Shown: positions 1 through 13,120 of the stretch, piece by piece
How the letters are laid out: every line of letters starts with the position of its first letter
Position numbering within the stretch: position 1 is the stretch's first letter
Source of the DNA: Octopus vulgaris
Taxonomy: Eukaryota
Direction of reading: 5' to 3'
NCBI GenBank assembly: GCA_951406725.2
Contig: OX597821.1
Coordinates: 42,532,001-42,596,000 of the forward strand
Length of the DNA stretch: 64,000 nucleotides
Position numbers and translations under genes: made by a program
Notes under the pieces: model-generated
What the model saw: only the letters and a program-made list of their open reading frames with translations
What the model was told of the DNA's origin: nothing
The model's database searches: none

Positions 1-76
1 TTCCGATCGGTCCTCAATGCACTGCTGACTTTCCAATGATCCCAGGCCAAACATATAAACTATGATTCTATGAGAA

Positions 77-255
77 TACTAGCGTAGCTAGGCGGGGGCG
101 TAGGGGCGGTGCGCCCCAGGCGGCACTTTTAAAGGATCACTACTTTTGGGTCTGTTGTAGGCAGTATGTGTTTTTTTTTTGTTTTTTTTTGTGGGGTCCG
201 GGAGCGGTAAACGAAAGGGCTGCCCCGGGCGGCTCACACTCTAGTTACGCTAGTG
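77..255. mobile_element. Short non-autonomous hAT-type MITE
   Basis: Terminal inverted repeats ACTAGCGTAGCTAG (78-91) and CTAGTTACGCTAGT (241-254), one mismatch. Flanked by an 8-bp near-duplication TATGAGAA/TATGAGAG; 8-bp TSDs are typical of hAT. Confidence 0.7.
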
Positions 256-1244
256 TATGAGAGATAAGCTCTGGGAAAGGGCAAAACTTCCAAATTAGTC
301 TTTCAGTACCTGACCTGTGTGTCTTCCTCCATTATCACTGCTGAGCAAAAACCGGCCGCCTACAGTTGCAGAGGTTCGATAATTGATCTGAAATAACGGA
401 TATTAAAACAAAATTCCGTGCAAAATTGCCCAATGAGAGATCACATCAGAATGCCCTTCTTACGAACCAGCTTACAACTATAGCAAAATCCAGTGCATTG
501 AGAAAGCCACTGAATCTGCCTCGCATGGTGTAATTGCTATTATTTATCCGAAGAAATCACCAATCTACAGGCATTTGTCAATAGCTCGGCCAAGGACTTT
601 CAGCAGAAAAAATACGAAGACTGAAATACTGCAACTGGAGAAATGACACATCGAAGTAATTCATTTTGATAAAACAATATTATCATCTTGAAGTTTCTGA
701 TCTGCCATAGGATCCACCACAGTCATTCGACCTGATATGAATAGCAGCACATACTAGATAATGTAGTCCTAGATATTCTATCCCTGAAAAAAAAAGTGGT
801 GAGAGGAATGCAACTTGAACTACTTTCTTCATAAATTCGATAAATTAGGATTTTCAAAGAAACAATTTCGGATTTAAAATTGTTGTTTTTATTGTCTTTC
901 ATTTTTTTAACGGATTGGTTAGCGTGTCTCTGGCTCTGGTATAATTACAAGTTCTTGGTTCCAATGAGTTGTGTGTAAACAGAAATACAAGAAAACGAGT
1001 TGCAATTAACTGCAACGCTTTATTCAACCGCTGAATGAATTTGTACAGTAACTGGTTGGTTGCATTATGATCATAACTGAAGAAAATATACATATTTGCT
1101 CCTCAAATCAGTTGAAACTTGATGTATGCTTGGAAGACGGGAACAGAAATACGTGACATCACTTCTTGCAGTCTCTCATTCTCTCTCCTTGTAAGTGCAT
1201 GGTAACAGGAACCCAAGTAGCGCGTCAAAGCTACCTGTAAAACA

Positions 1245-1311
1245 ACTCACCTCTCTCTCTCCGAAGATACCGATTTCACTGGTGAAAATGGGGAAGATTC
1301 TCTTATTTATA
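1245..1311 (-). promoter_or_regulatory. Candidate TATA-box promoter and short non-coding first exon of a minus-strand gene
   Basis: Minus strand reads TATAAATA (1311-1304), Inr-like CCAGT with its A at 1280 (31 nt downstream), then GAG|GTGAGT splice donor at 1251/1250. CCAAT and TGACGT-like motifs lie at 1364-1570. Confidence 0.5.
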
Positions 1312-1964
1312 GCTGCTTTAAGGCTCCAGAGAGCAAAACTATTTTGCCGCGCTTAGTTGGTTTGTGACGTGATTCGATTGAACAACTAACATATCCAATC
1401 TCAATAGCGGACTCGGTCATTGTATTACATCATCACATGACCAATTGTAAAAAATCTGCGCATTAGCCATTTTCTGAATATTTAAACCTAGGTAGGCGAT
1501 CTATGAACATACATTTGCTACGCATTTATATACCGCTCTCCTATCCACCCCTGTCTCTCACGACGTCATAACATTAAAACTTTCCAGTAACACATCTAAA
1601 ATATGTCTATTTTGAAACTCAATCCAAACTCCCAAATGTTTAATTGCTGTTACATGGCAGCAGACGTAATATTATTTATTATGAACACGATAATGATGAC
1701 GGTGGTGTTTGTATTAGTGGTGGTGGCGGCAGCGGTAGTAACAGTGGTTGTAATTGTAATGGATTTAATATTAATGGAAATAGTGGGCTTAGTAATAGTA
1801 GCAATGGTATTTAATGTATTTGGTGATGTTGAGAGCAGTGGTGGGCAGTAGCGGTGGTGGTGGTGGTGATGGCGGCAGCGGTGGTAGTAGTAATGATGGT
1901 GTATCGTTTTCTTTTCTTTTTATTGCTCTAGTCTCAAGATGCAATACCCATGGACTTCACAAGG

Positions 1965-2200
1965 CTTTCCAAGACCAGTGAGATCGTCCTTAACCAGTGA
2001 GCTTTTGTGGGGTCCCGTGGCGTCCCGTAAGGCCCTCCGAAACCAATGAGGTTTTGTGAAACCCATCAAGACCAGTGGGATCCCATGAAGCACTCTGAAG
2101 TTAGTGAGGTCCGGTAAGACACTACAAAATCAGTGAGATCTAGTGAAACCCTTCAAGACCAGTGAGATCTCGTGAGGACTTCTAAGGCAGTGAGATCAAC
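1965..2200 (+). repeat. Degenerate ~30-bp minisatellite (ACCAGTGAGATC core)
   Basis: CAGTGAG-like core recurs at about 2041, 2071, 2101, 2131, 2161 and 2188. Confidence 0.6.
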
Positions 2201-2829
2201 ATGATTATTGTTCTTGATGTTCCTGTTGAACAGATACAAATGCCAATGGCTACAAGGAAATATATGGAGAGCTGGGATGGGAGTCAGAAGGACGACATAC
2301 TACGAATAGAGAACTGGACATAGAAGTTAGTACAAGGTTTGGCAATAAGAAAGACAAATAATTGACAAGTCGCTAAATAGAAGTGGATTGAGATCAATCA
2401 GTTCTAAGGAGCAAAGACAACTGTATTCATGGTGTAAAAGGCAGAGACAGAACACGACACGTGTGTGGACCAGAAATTGAGGTATGTTGGAAATGACTTC
2501 TTCGCAGTCTGTTGAGTGATATTTGTTAATAGGCCAGTCATGATAGCATTGATGGCAATCACTTTGTAGTGGAAGATGAGCTGTGGTTGCTATGACGACA
2601 ATTACGGGTTACACATAAATAAAGAAATGAAGTAAATAAAGAAGTAAACAAATGAGGAGGTATTGACAAATAAAGAAGAATAAACAAATAAAGGAAACGA
2701 AGACGTATATAAATAAAGAAGTAACTGTGTATAAATATCTATCTATCAAACTACGACCAATTTGTAGTAGTAGAAATATTTATGATACAGTTAGCATGGT
2801 AACAACACTGGAAAATGGAGTCAGGACTG

Positions 2830-3755
2830 CCTTATATACAAATGAATACGATAAATGCTCATGTGGAGAAAAATCAAAATGTCCTTTGATGAATCTCTGT
2901 ATGAGTACAAATCTTGTGTATAAATGTACCGTACACACAAAAGGAGGGCCTATATTTACATTGGGCAGACAGCTGATTCATTTATGAATCGTTATCGTAA
3001 CCATGTTGCCAGTTTTAAGACAATCAATGAGAGACATTCAACATCTTTGGCAGATTTTGTATGGCGACCGAAAGGGGATAAAACAAAGTACAACATTAAT
3101 TGGCCTATAGTAAGGTATGTGAAACCATACAATATAATTTCCAGGAGATACCGTCTCTGCTCTGAAGAATCCCTGTCTATTCTGTGGACTAACGAGAATG
3201 AATTTTGAGTAACCGTTAACTTAATTTTCTTTAAGTTATGGATGACTTAAGTTTACTTTTCACCTCCCTATAATTATAAACACCAAGTAGATAACTAACT
3301 CGCTTTGTGATCATGAGTGCACCAAACCCCACGTGTGTGTATGCTCACATTTTTGCGGATGCTTGTACGAGCGAGTGTCCTCGTGCAATGCAGCTTGTCC
3401 AAGGGCGTTTCTACATCCATATCTCTTAACGGTTATTTTTAATACTTTTCTCGCTGGATTGCGTGTTCGTTTCTCTTCTTGCCATCTGTAATTTTACTTT
3501 TGATTTTCTTATATAAATGAAGATATTTCCTCTGTCTGGTTGTTTTTCTCTCTACAAAACGGAATGTTACATTGCAGAACAGTCATTTTAACGAGTTGTA
3601 TTTATTTATCACACGACGAGATAAATCTGCACCACCGGATGCTCCTGAACCAGTTGTTGAGTGTCCACCCAAGAGGAATCTATGCTAGATGTGTTGAAAC
3701 AATTGTCGTGATTAATAATAAATTCTCGTGTATTCCATCTTCTGTCTTTCATTTG

Positions 3756-3757
<2 letters not shown>
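2830..3757 (+). mobile_element. Penelope-like element 3' relic (frameshifted GIY-YIG endonuclease plus 3' tail)
   Basis: Overlapping ORFs give CSCGEKSKCPLMNLC..LVYKC and YIYIGQT..F..RY.NH..SF...TSLADFVW..YNINW.IV...PY....LC.EE, collinear with the 411-aa ORF at 16319-17554. Ends in a hammerhead-like relic and (TA)n. Confidence 0.85.
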
Positions 3758-4340
<583 letters not shown>

Positions 4341-4531
4341 ACCGAGTTTGCAAACGACCGAGAGTTCTCACAGACAGCATTTTCGAAAAATGAAAGGTCA
4401 ATGATACACTGAAATATACGTGCGCGCGTATGTGTTGGGGTTACGTGTGAGTATGTGTGCATGTGAGTATGTGTATGTACGTGAAGACAGAGGAATGGAA
4501 TGAGGAACAGAGTAAATAAAAAGGAACAGGG

Positions 4532-4572
<41 letters not shown>

Positions 4573-4635
4573 ACACACATATATATGTACATACGTAGTA
4601 CACACACACGCGCGCGCACACAAACACACACACAT

Positions 4636-5476
4636 GCGATGGGTAAATTTTTCGCTATTTTATCTTTGTAATTTCGCGCATGCGCTATGTTTTTGATTTC
4701 GTCGACTACACAATATGGTAGGGTCAGTTGGGCACTGTCTGTGAGAAAAACAGCACCATAACGCAATTCACTCAGCCAGAAATTTGGAAACGACAGGTTG
4801 TACTGCTTGGCATTTGCACCGGAAGCTCCAGTGCGAGCATTTCAGAGTGTTTGGGTGTCAATCAGAGGACATGTACCGAAAGAGATAACAATCAAACATC
4901 CATTCAATAGCATGGTGTTTGGAGTGATCACTAGTCATGGCGACGTTATGCCTCCATTCATCTTCTCAGGCGACCTCAGACTCAACACGGAGGCCTTTAT
5001 CAAGTGCCTGGAGGAGGTAGTGCTGTCCTGGGTCAAGAGGATGGCTGCTGGAAGACCCCTGTCTGGCAACAGGACTCTGCACCATGCCACACAAGCATGT
5101 ATGGCTCTCAGACAATTTCTGAAACTACATCGCCCCTAACATCTAGCCACCTAACTTTCCAGACTGCAACCCCCTTGGTTATGTGTGGGGGCAGTTGAGC
5201 AAAAGACCATCAAAACTCCTTTTAACACCAAAGATGAACTGAAGGCAAGGATTATGGCAGCATTCACCAACTTGAAAAAGGAGATCATCCAGAAGAGTTG
5301 CAGTCGTCTGGAGGAGGCTGTGGTTGAAGCCAATGGCGATTTTATTGAAAAAATTTACTCTTTAGAATTTCAAGATATTTTTATGTAATTTTGGTAAATA
5401 TAGCTGTTAAAATGAGATATCAGTGTTATTTTCATTTTTGCGTAATTTAGACGACATTTTATTCACTTCACTGTTA
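4636..5476 (+). mobile_element. Internally deleted Tc1/mariner (DD37D, maT-like) transposon
   Basis: Fragments MVFGVITSHG..PPFIF..LRLNTEAFIKCLE, WQQDSAPCH and GAVEQKT..NTKDELKARI. Same family as 27329-28580. Confidence 0.85.
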
Positions 5477-5959
5477 ACAAAAGTCGGGATGCTTTTGTTC
5501 AGTTATTCCATAAATGATGTTCAGTTATTCCATAAATGAAAAAGGCATTAAATACTACAAAACGTACACGTAGGACAGACACAAGAACCCTAATTCTCCC
5601 ACAGTTATTGACCAAAAATACTAATACCCAGTTTCGCGCGTTTAACAATAAGACTGGGAAATTCGCATATCAGTGACACCTGCAAGAAGTTCACCCGTGC
5701 AAGACTAGAGATGAAGTTGCCTGTTGCAACTACTTTCATACGAGTCCTCCATACCAACTACTTTCATACGAGTCCTCATACGAGTCCTCCTATAGAAATC
5801 AGCGAGAAAACAAGCCTTATCTTTTTTGTTCAAAGAGGAAGGAGAAACAATCTTTAAGATTAATTCAGAAGACAGATGTACTTTTCCTAGACGTGACAGC
5901 ATTTGTTCAACGTAAACCCGCATTTCTGAAATTCTGGGGCACTACACAATCGCGTGCAG

Positions 5960-6765
5960 AACAGTTTCCCTGTCCTGTTCGCATCTTGAGTATTTGGGTG
6001 AACAAGAAGTACCATGCCTTTCGAGTTTATTGCGAACTGGTAAGGCTCCTCGGTAACATTGCCAAGTCAGAGATCTTTGGAAGTTATCCAAAGGTCCTGG
6101 CCCGAATGTCCTTCGGCATATTGACTATCACCGAAGCCCAGGGTATTCCCCAGGTCGTTATCACACTTGACCTCTAGCAACCCTCTATAGAATGACGAGG
6201 TTGAGCCCCTACCGCTGGCGTTACCCGTGTAGGAGAGAAGCGAGAATGTCTTAAGGCACTCCGCTTGCCAAGCTCCCAACTTTGGTCTACGCTTGATCCA
6301 CAGTTCTAGTTTACTAAAACTAGTAAACCTAGGAAGTAACGATCTGACGAACGGATACCACACCTGTTTACGATCCAGGTAGAGCCACAGATGCCTAAGC
6401 CTCAGCGCATGTCTGCGCATCAACAGCCAAGGCATCCCTAGCCCACCCTTTAGCGGGTGTTGGTTGCAGACAAGTGCTTTACAAGAGGACCGCTACCCAT
6501 CCGCATGAAGCGAAAGAGCAGACGTTCCAACTTACTTAGCCACGAATTGGGAGAACGTACAACGGCAAGGCGGCAGGTAATCAGGGATAGCCACCGCTCA
6601 GACCAGGTCTGAGTTAGGTGGGCCAACCTGCTCGTCACCTCGCTCCAGTTCTTCTCTATCTGGATGTCTGGACCGAACCAACCTCCTATCATTTTAACCG
6701 GACCCTCCGTCCAACGCCCGATGACGTTATTGGGTGATATCGACTTGCCTCTCCAGATGGTCGGG
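5960..6765 (-). mobile_element. Tx1/L1-like LINE ORF2, post-RT C-terminal part (pseudogenised)
   Basis: WRGKS..GRWTEGPVKMIGGWFGP..EKNWSEV..TWSERWLSL..LERLLFRF..GGLGMPWL is the region that follows the YxDD motif in L1/Tx1 ORF2. Confidence 0.8.
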
Positions 6766-6867
6766 TTAGACTTGTGAGTAAAAAAAGCACCTCTGAAGTG
6801 ATCTCCGTGATTAACCGCGTCAGGATGACGATAGGTAATGCTTTTGATATCATTTCCCTTTTTATAT

Positions 6868-8597
6868 AAATTTGGTCGAAAACTTGCTAGAAAGTTCCGA
6901 TGATTTTCTAACTTCCGGGAAATTTGATCGAAAACTTCCTGGGAAATTCCGGGGATTATTTAACGCCCGTAAAAATTTGGTCGAAAACTTCCTGGGAATT
7001 TCCGAGGTATTTATAACTTTCGGGATATTAGACCGAAAACTTCCTGGAAAGTTCCGAGGATTTTCTAACTTCCGGGAAATTTGGTCGAAAACTTCCTGGA
7101 AAGTTCCGAGGATTTTTTAACTTTCGGGATATTAGACCGAAAACTTCATGGAATGTTCCCAGGATTTCCTAACTTCCGAGAAATTTGGTCGAAAACTTCC
7201 AGAGAAGTTCCGAGAATTTTCTAAATTCCGGGATATTTGGTCGAAAACTTCATGGGAAATTCCGATGATTTTTTAACTTCCGAGATATTTGGTCGAAAAC
7301 TTCCTGGAGTGTTCCGAGGATTTTCTAACTTCCGGTAAATTTGGTCGAAAGCTTCCTGGGAAGTTCCGATGATTTTTTAACTTTCGGGATATTAGACCGA
7401 AAACTTCATGGAATGTTCCGAGGATTTTCTAACTTTCGGGAAATTTGGTCGAAAACTTCCTGGGAAGTTCGGAGGATTTTCTAACTTCCGAGAAATTTGG
7501 TCGAAAACTTCCTGGGAAGTTCCGAGAATGTTCTAAATTCCGGGATATTTGGTCGAAAACTTCCTCGGAAATTCCGATGATTTTTTAACTTCCGAGATAT
7601 TTGGTCGAAAATTTCATGGGAAGTTCCGATGATTTTTTAACTTCCGAGATATTTGGTCGAAAATTTCCTGGAATGTTCCGAGGATTTTCTAACTTTCGGG
7701 AAATTTGGTCGAAAACTTCCTGGGAAGTCCCGATGATTTTTAACTTCCGAGAAATTTGGTCGAAAACTTCCTGGGAAGTTCCGATGATTTTTTAACTTCC
7801 GAGATATTTGGTCGAAAACTTCCTGGAATGTCCCGAGGATTTTCTAACTTTCGGGAAATTTGGTCGAAAACTTCCTGGTAAGTTCCGAGAATTTTCTAAA
7901 TTCCGGGATATTTGGTCGAAAACTTCCTGGGAAATTCCGATGATTTTTTAACTTCCGAGGTATTTGGTCGAAAACTTCCTGGAATGTTCCGAGGGTTTTC
8001 TAACATTCGGGAAAATTGGTCGAAAATTTCCTGGAATGTTCCGAGGATTTTCTGACTTCCGGGGAAATTGGTCGAAAACTTCCTGGGATGTTCCGATGAT
8101 TTTTTTAACTTCCGAGAAATTTGGTCGAAAACTTCCTGGGGAGTTCCGAGGGTTTTCTAACTTCCGGAAATTTGGTCGAAAACTTCCTGGGAAGTTCCCA
8201 GAATTTTCTAACTTCCGGGATATTTGGTCGAAAACTTCCTGGGAAGTTCCGATGATTTTTTTTAACTTCCTAGATATTTGGTCGAAAACTTCCTGGAATG
8301 TTCCGACGGTTTTCTAACTTTCGGGAAATTTGGTCGAAAACTTCCTGGAAAGTTCCTAGGATTTTCTAACTTTCGGAAAATTTGGTCGAAAACTTCCTGG
8401 GAAGTTCGGAGGATTTTCTAACTTCCGAGAAATTTGGTTGAAAACATCCTGGGAAGTTCCGAGAATTTTCTAAATTCCGGGATATTTGGTCGAAAACTTC
8501 CTGGGAAATTCCGATGACTTTTTAACTTTCGAGATATTTGGTCGAAAACTTCCTGGAATGTTCCGAGGGTTTTCTACCTTTCGGGAAATTTGGTCGA
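6868..8597 (+). repeat. 52-bp tandem satellite, about 33 monomers
   Basis: Consensus approximately TTGGTCGAAAACTTCCTGGGAAGTTCCGAGGATTTTCTAACTTCCGGGAAAT. TTGGTC recurs at 7081 and 7185 (2 x 52). Confidence 0.95.
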
Positions 8598-9319
8598 CAC
8601 CAGTGCGACCCAAGCACTGCAACTACTAATGGAAGTGTGTGGACAGTAAGAGGAACTATGTTAGAAAATGAACTTCATTTGGTCACATTCCATTGAGAGT
8701 GTCTTGCTCAGATTATGAACATTTCAGCCGACCCTCATAATAATAAAAATTATTATACCTGCATTTGTTTTAATGTTAACATTGGAAAAATCCACATTTT
8801 TCATTAAAAAAATTAGGACCTGGGTTTGCACCCCCTTAGCAAATTTTGTTACTGAGTCACTGGTATGGTGTGGGACGTTGTCTCACAGTTGCTGACAGTA
8901 AACTTCATTTCTCCTTCTGACCAAGGTTCTAGCTGGTCAGCCAGACTTCGTAGTCACCGAAGTGTTAGTCATCACGAGTCATCACAAGCCGCCTCGCTCC
9001 GTTGTCGCTAAGTGACTACCAGGTTGAGTCGTCACCGACTAATTTTTGCTTGAGGTGTTCTTGCTTTTATAACTATCCAGAAGGATATATATATCATTGA
9101 GAACAATAGATGTAGTTGGTGGTCTTGTTATCTCTATTCTTGTTTTTGGTGAAGCAGAAGAGGTTAGAAAGAATCAAGTGGTGAAGACATTATTTCGGCC
9201 TAGCTAAAGGCATCTAGAAAATGTAAAACTACTGTCAGAGAAAAACCATTGTTCCACGATGAGAAAAGTTCTGTTGCAGTGTTAATTTAAATTTGGCTTT
9301 GGTGGATCGAATCCACTTC

Positions 9320-10505
9320 ATGTTTGCATGATCCACTACAGTGATGTCGTCCGTATACGCCGTAGCCGACCTTCCACAACCCAGATCACACAGGATGTTC
9401 CTCATACCCTCCAACTTCTGCAGTAAAGGTTCCAGGGACAACACATACAGAAGTGGGGAGAGGGGACATCCTTGACGTACCGGGAGATTGATGATGAACG
9501 GTTTCTTATCGGAACCGTTCATCCGAACGATCGAATCGATGTTGCTATATAAAGAAATTACCCACCCGCGGAAGGCTGGGCAAAATCCGACCGACACCCT
9601 GTCAAAAGCTTTAGATTGGTCTAAATGGACCAAAGCCCACCCTTGTCAGGAATCCTATTAACCTTCTCTAAGTTATAGCGTATAAGGTGGAGATTGTCCT
9701 GTAAGGATCTGCCGGGGACGGCACATGTTTGTGCCTCCCCAACGAGTCCATCCACGACACGCGCCAATCTTTTTGCTAATACCTTGGTCAAAATCCTCAA
9801 CTCTGCGTTAAGCAGAGTGATGAGCTATAATATACCTTGTTTGGGTCCTTTCTAAGCAGCGTCACCATCCCCGGCTCAAAGATCTGAGAATAAACCTATT
9901 CTGCTGCCAGTTGGCGAAGACGCATGCCACTAGGTGCCCAAACAAGTCTGGCATACTATAATATAGCTCGTAGCGAAGACCATCTAGCCCCGACGACTTG
10001 TCGCCGCCGTAGTCCGACAAAGCCTTCTCCACCTCCGCAGCTGTGGTCGGCCCTTCACAGCATTCCGCTTCCCGACCCGAGAGGCGCGGCAAACTGGCTA
10101 GGAAATCCATGAGGTCCCTCTTACAATCCGGCCCACCACCCTTCCCGAATAGCTGGGCGAAATGCTCTTGAATGCTCGTTTACGAAGTTCTCTTGTTGAT
10201 TCGTCATAGACCTTATTGCCACGTTGGGTCTCTATCACACGGGCCCATCCAGCGGCTTTGATTCCCTCTCGACCCATTGCACGTTGCTTTGCCCTGACTA
10301 CGCATCCTTCGTGTTTAGCCTCGAGGTGTTGGTTAAGAGCCAATCTCGCAGCTAAAATCGGGACGCAGAGCCAGATTCCAATGTCTCATCTAGAGCCTTA
10401 ACTAAAGCCCTTTCTACTCTATTTTTCTTAGCCACTAACTCTTTACTATATCTAATGGACTCAAACTTTATGATTCTTTTGAGGGTATACCACTATTTGT
10501 TATTA
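9320..10505 (-). mobile_element. Tx1/L1-like LINE reverse transcriptase relic
   Basis: KSSGLDG, LDQSKAFDRV, VRQGCPLSPLLYVLSLEPL and YTDDITV motifs across frameshifted ORFs. Confidence 0.9.
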
Positions 10506-12859
10506 AAGCAACGAGGTAAATTGTGCAACATCAGTAGCTTAACATTCAGATATATACAAAAGACAGGTAAACAAAAATAAGATATCAAGAATGAACACTT
10601 CTAAAAATGGGTTTGGAGCATCAGACGGACACTGAATTTCTAGTGTGTGTGTGTGTGAACGCACGCACGCACACGCACACACACACACACATACACACAA
10701 ACACGCACACATTTATGATCAAAACCTTCGTAAAACGGCAGGCAAAATGCATCACACCGGACCATAAACTTAAACTAATTATATATCACAAAACATCTTT
10801 AGCGGTTTATTATGCTACCTTAAGCTTTCTCTTAGGTTATATTATTTTAGTTGGCTTTTTTTTTAATAAGGGGGAATATAATGATTAAAACGTCACTTAT
10901 AACTTAAGTGTAATCATTATACACAAATCCGAACTACAGTATTTAACGCCATAGAGAAATATATTCATGAAACGCTATGAATATTAACGACATGTATGTA
11001 GAATATTTTCTTCGTGTTCATTTAACCGCTATAAGAAAATATAATTTAAGGATTAAGAAATGCATATTTATTTATACTCAGTTGAAAAACAGACGTGAAG
11101 AGAAACATTTTCTTAATTAGTTTTATTATATAAATATAACATTTTATATTATTTACATTAGAAAGGAAAGACAATTTTGTCGTGTAGAAGAACGACTACA
11201 TATTCTAACCTCTTCTGCTTCACCAAAAACTAGAATAGAGATAACAAGAGCACCAACTAAATCTATTGTTCTCAATGATATATCTATCCTTCTGGATAGT
11301 TATAAAAGCAAGAACACCCCATGCAAAAATCAGTCGGTGACGACTTAACTAATTCGTAATTCTAACTAATATATTAATCAACAAATCAAAATAGACTTGT
11401 GATTATCTTTAGGCATGGCATGAAAATTACCTATGTCTCAAAGAAGTGAGTGTCGTGGAGTTTAGTTACATCCAACAAAACACTAAAGTTTTTCCCCAAT
11501 TCCAGGGTTTTTATAACTGCTCAACTTGACTTAAAAGAATCGAATCCCAATTCGCGCCATATTTCAAAATGGCTAAAATGGCTATTGCTACACATCAAAA
11601 ACAAAAATCTGTTTATCAATAAAAATACCGCGTGCATGTGAGACCGAGAACAAACTGCAAATGTGTGTGATCTATAAATTCGATTGTTACATTGAACGCC
11701 GTAAACTTCGGGACTCTAAGCTGTTACACTGGACATATTAATGCAACACTCTCTAAGTTCACGATGCATTTACAAGTAGCTATTACAAAATCATTAAATC
11801 ACATACCACAAAACAAAGTTAGAATACACTAGAGGAGAAAGCTTACATAATCTATGAATTTCCTCACAGAAATAGAATCCATACTTATATCGCAATGTAA
11901 TGCCAAAAATACACACAAAAAAAATTAACATGTGGCAACCGACATAAAAACTTAATGGTCAAAGACTTGACCACACCAAACAAATCAAGTGAGCGCTAAC
12001 GTTTAAAGTACTTTTAGTGAGAAAATCCTCATGAATTCAACTTGTGCATAAGTAGCAACACAGAAGCAAAGGAACTTTGTTGCTCCAAACTGTAGAAAAT
12101 GTAGTAAGAAAATACGGAAATCTAAATAAAAACAGATAAAACTTGAATACAGCCGTGTACATAATGTGACATAAAATAAAAACTGTTCTACCTGTACGTG
12201 AATTTAAAAATATTTTCCCCTGGTCATCTCTTTAAAAACTTATACTGTTGTAGCATAATAAAAAGAGTTTGCTTCGGTTTGCTTAAAAAAACGTTATTCT
12301 GACGTAACTTAATAAAAGAAGTAAATGTGTTGCAATATGTTACTCGAATAAACTCTCTTTTTTTAATAAATGTAAATAAATGCCTTTAAGGTCGATTTTT
12401 ATATTTTCCATTGAAATATTTCCCAATACCAGAGAAAAACATATTTACGCATTTTATAATACTGCTTATGTAGGGGAAAATAAGAAGAAAATTATCTCTA
12501 AAGCGTTTATTCATTGTTTTACAATGGGATTTGAGAGAGTTATAATGTTTCCTGTTTTTCTTTATTACTATGACAAAATAACAAAGACAAGCGACACATG
12601 ATAAGCAAATTTACTTATGAAATTATAATAAAAGTGTATTGTAAGGATATGATATCAAAGACATAAGTGAAAACAAATGGTTTATCTATCAAATACTTCA
12701 TTCTTTTAAATTTTCTCATTATAACATATGAGCAAAACGCGCCCCGTCCAATGGATGGTGTTGAGTAGTCAAACATTTAAACCAAATTTTCTCAAAACAA
12801 CTCGTCCGACCGTCCCATAGGTCTCCCCTTTGAGAAACACTGATTTAACCTAAATTTGA

Positions 12860-13120
12860 GACACCAGCAAAAGAAGAAATAAAGATAGACTTTTTTTCTA
12901 TTCAAAAGAAAAACGATTTTATTCACTTCATCGATCACATTCTCACCTGGAATCGATTTTTGTAATTTTTTCAAGACTTATACACGCCCTGATACCGTCG
13001 GTATCTACACATCAAATTTGAGCGCAATCGGATGGAGGATGCCCGAGATCCTAGAAGACACACACACACACACACACACGCACACACACACACACAGAAC
13101 GGATTTTATATAATAGATTT
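12860..13120 (-). mobile_element. Helitron/DINE-like non-autonomous element 5' fragment
   Basis: Minus strand starts ATCTATTATATAAAA followed by a (TG)n block, similar to the 5' end of the Helitron at 56119. Confidence 0.45.

Noticed and set aside
1603-1851. Hydrophobic 82-aa ORF resembling a membrane protein
   Set aside because: Derived from degenerate (GGT)/(GTA) trinucleotide repeats.
5497-5790. Short local tandem duplications (22-bp x2 near 5497-5540; TTTCATACGAGTCCTC repeats near 5735-5790)
   Set aside because: Ordinary slippage duplications with no further structure.
6868-8597. CRISPR-like array, or the coding ORFs listed within the 52-bp repeat
   Set aside because: There are no unique spacers (the whole monomer repeats), no cas genes, and the context is eukaryotic. 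The ORFs are translations of the repeat.
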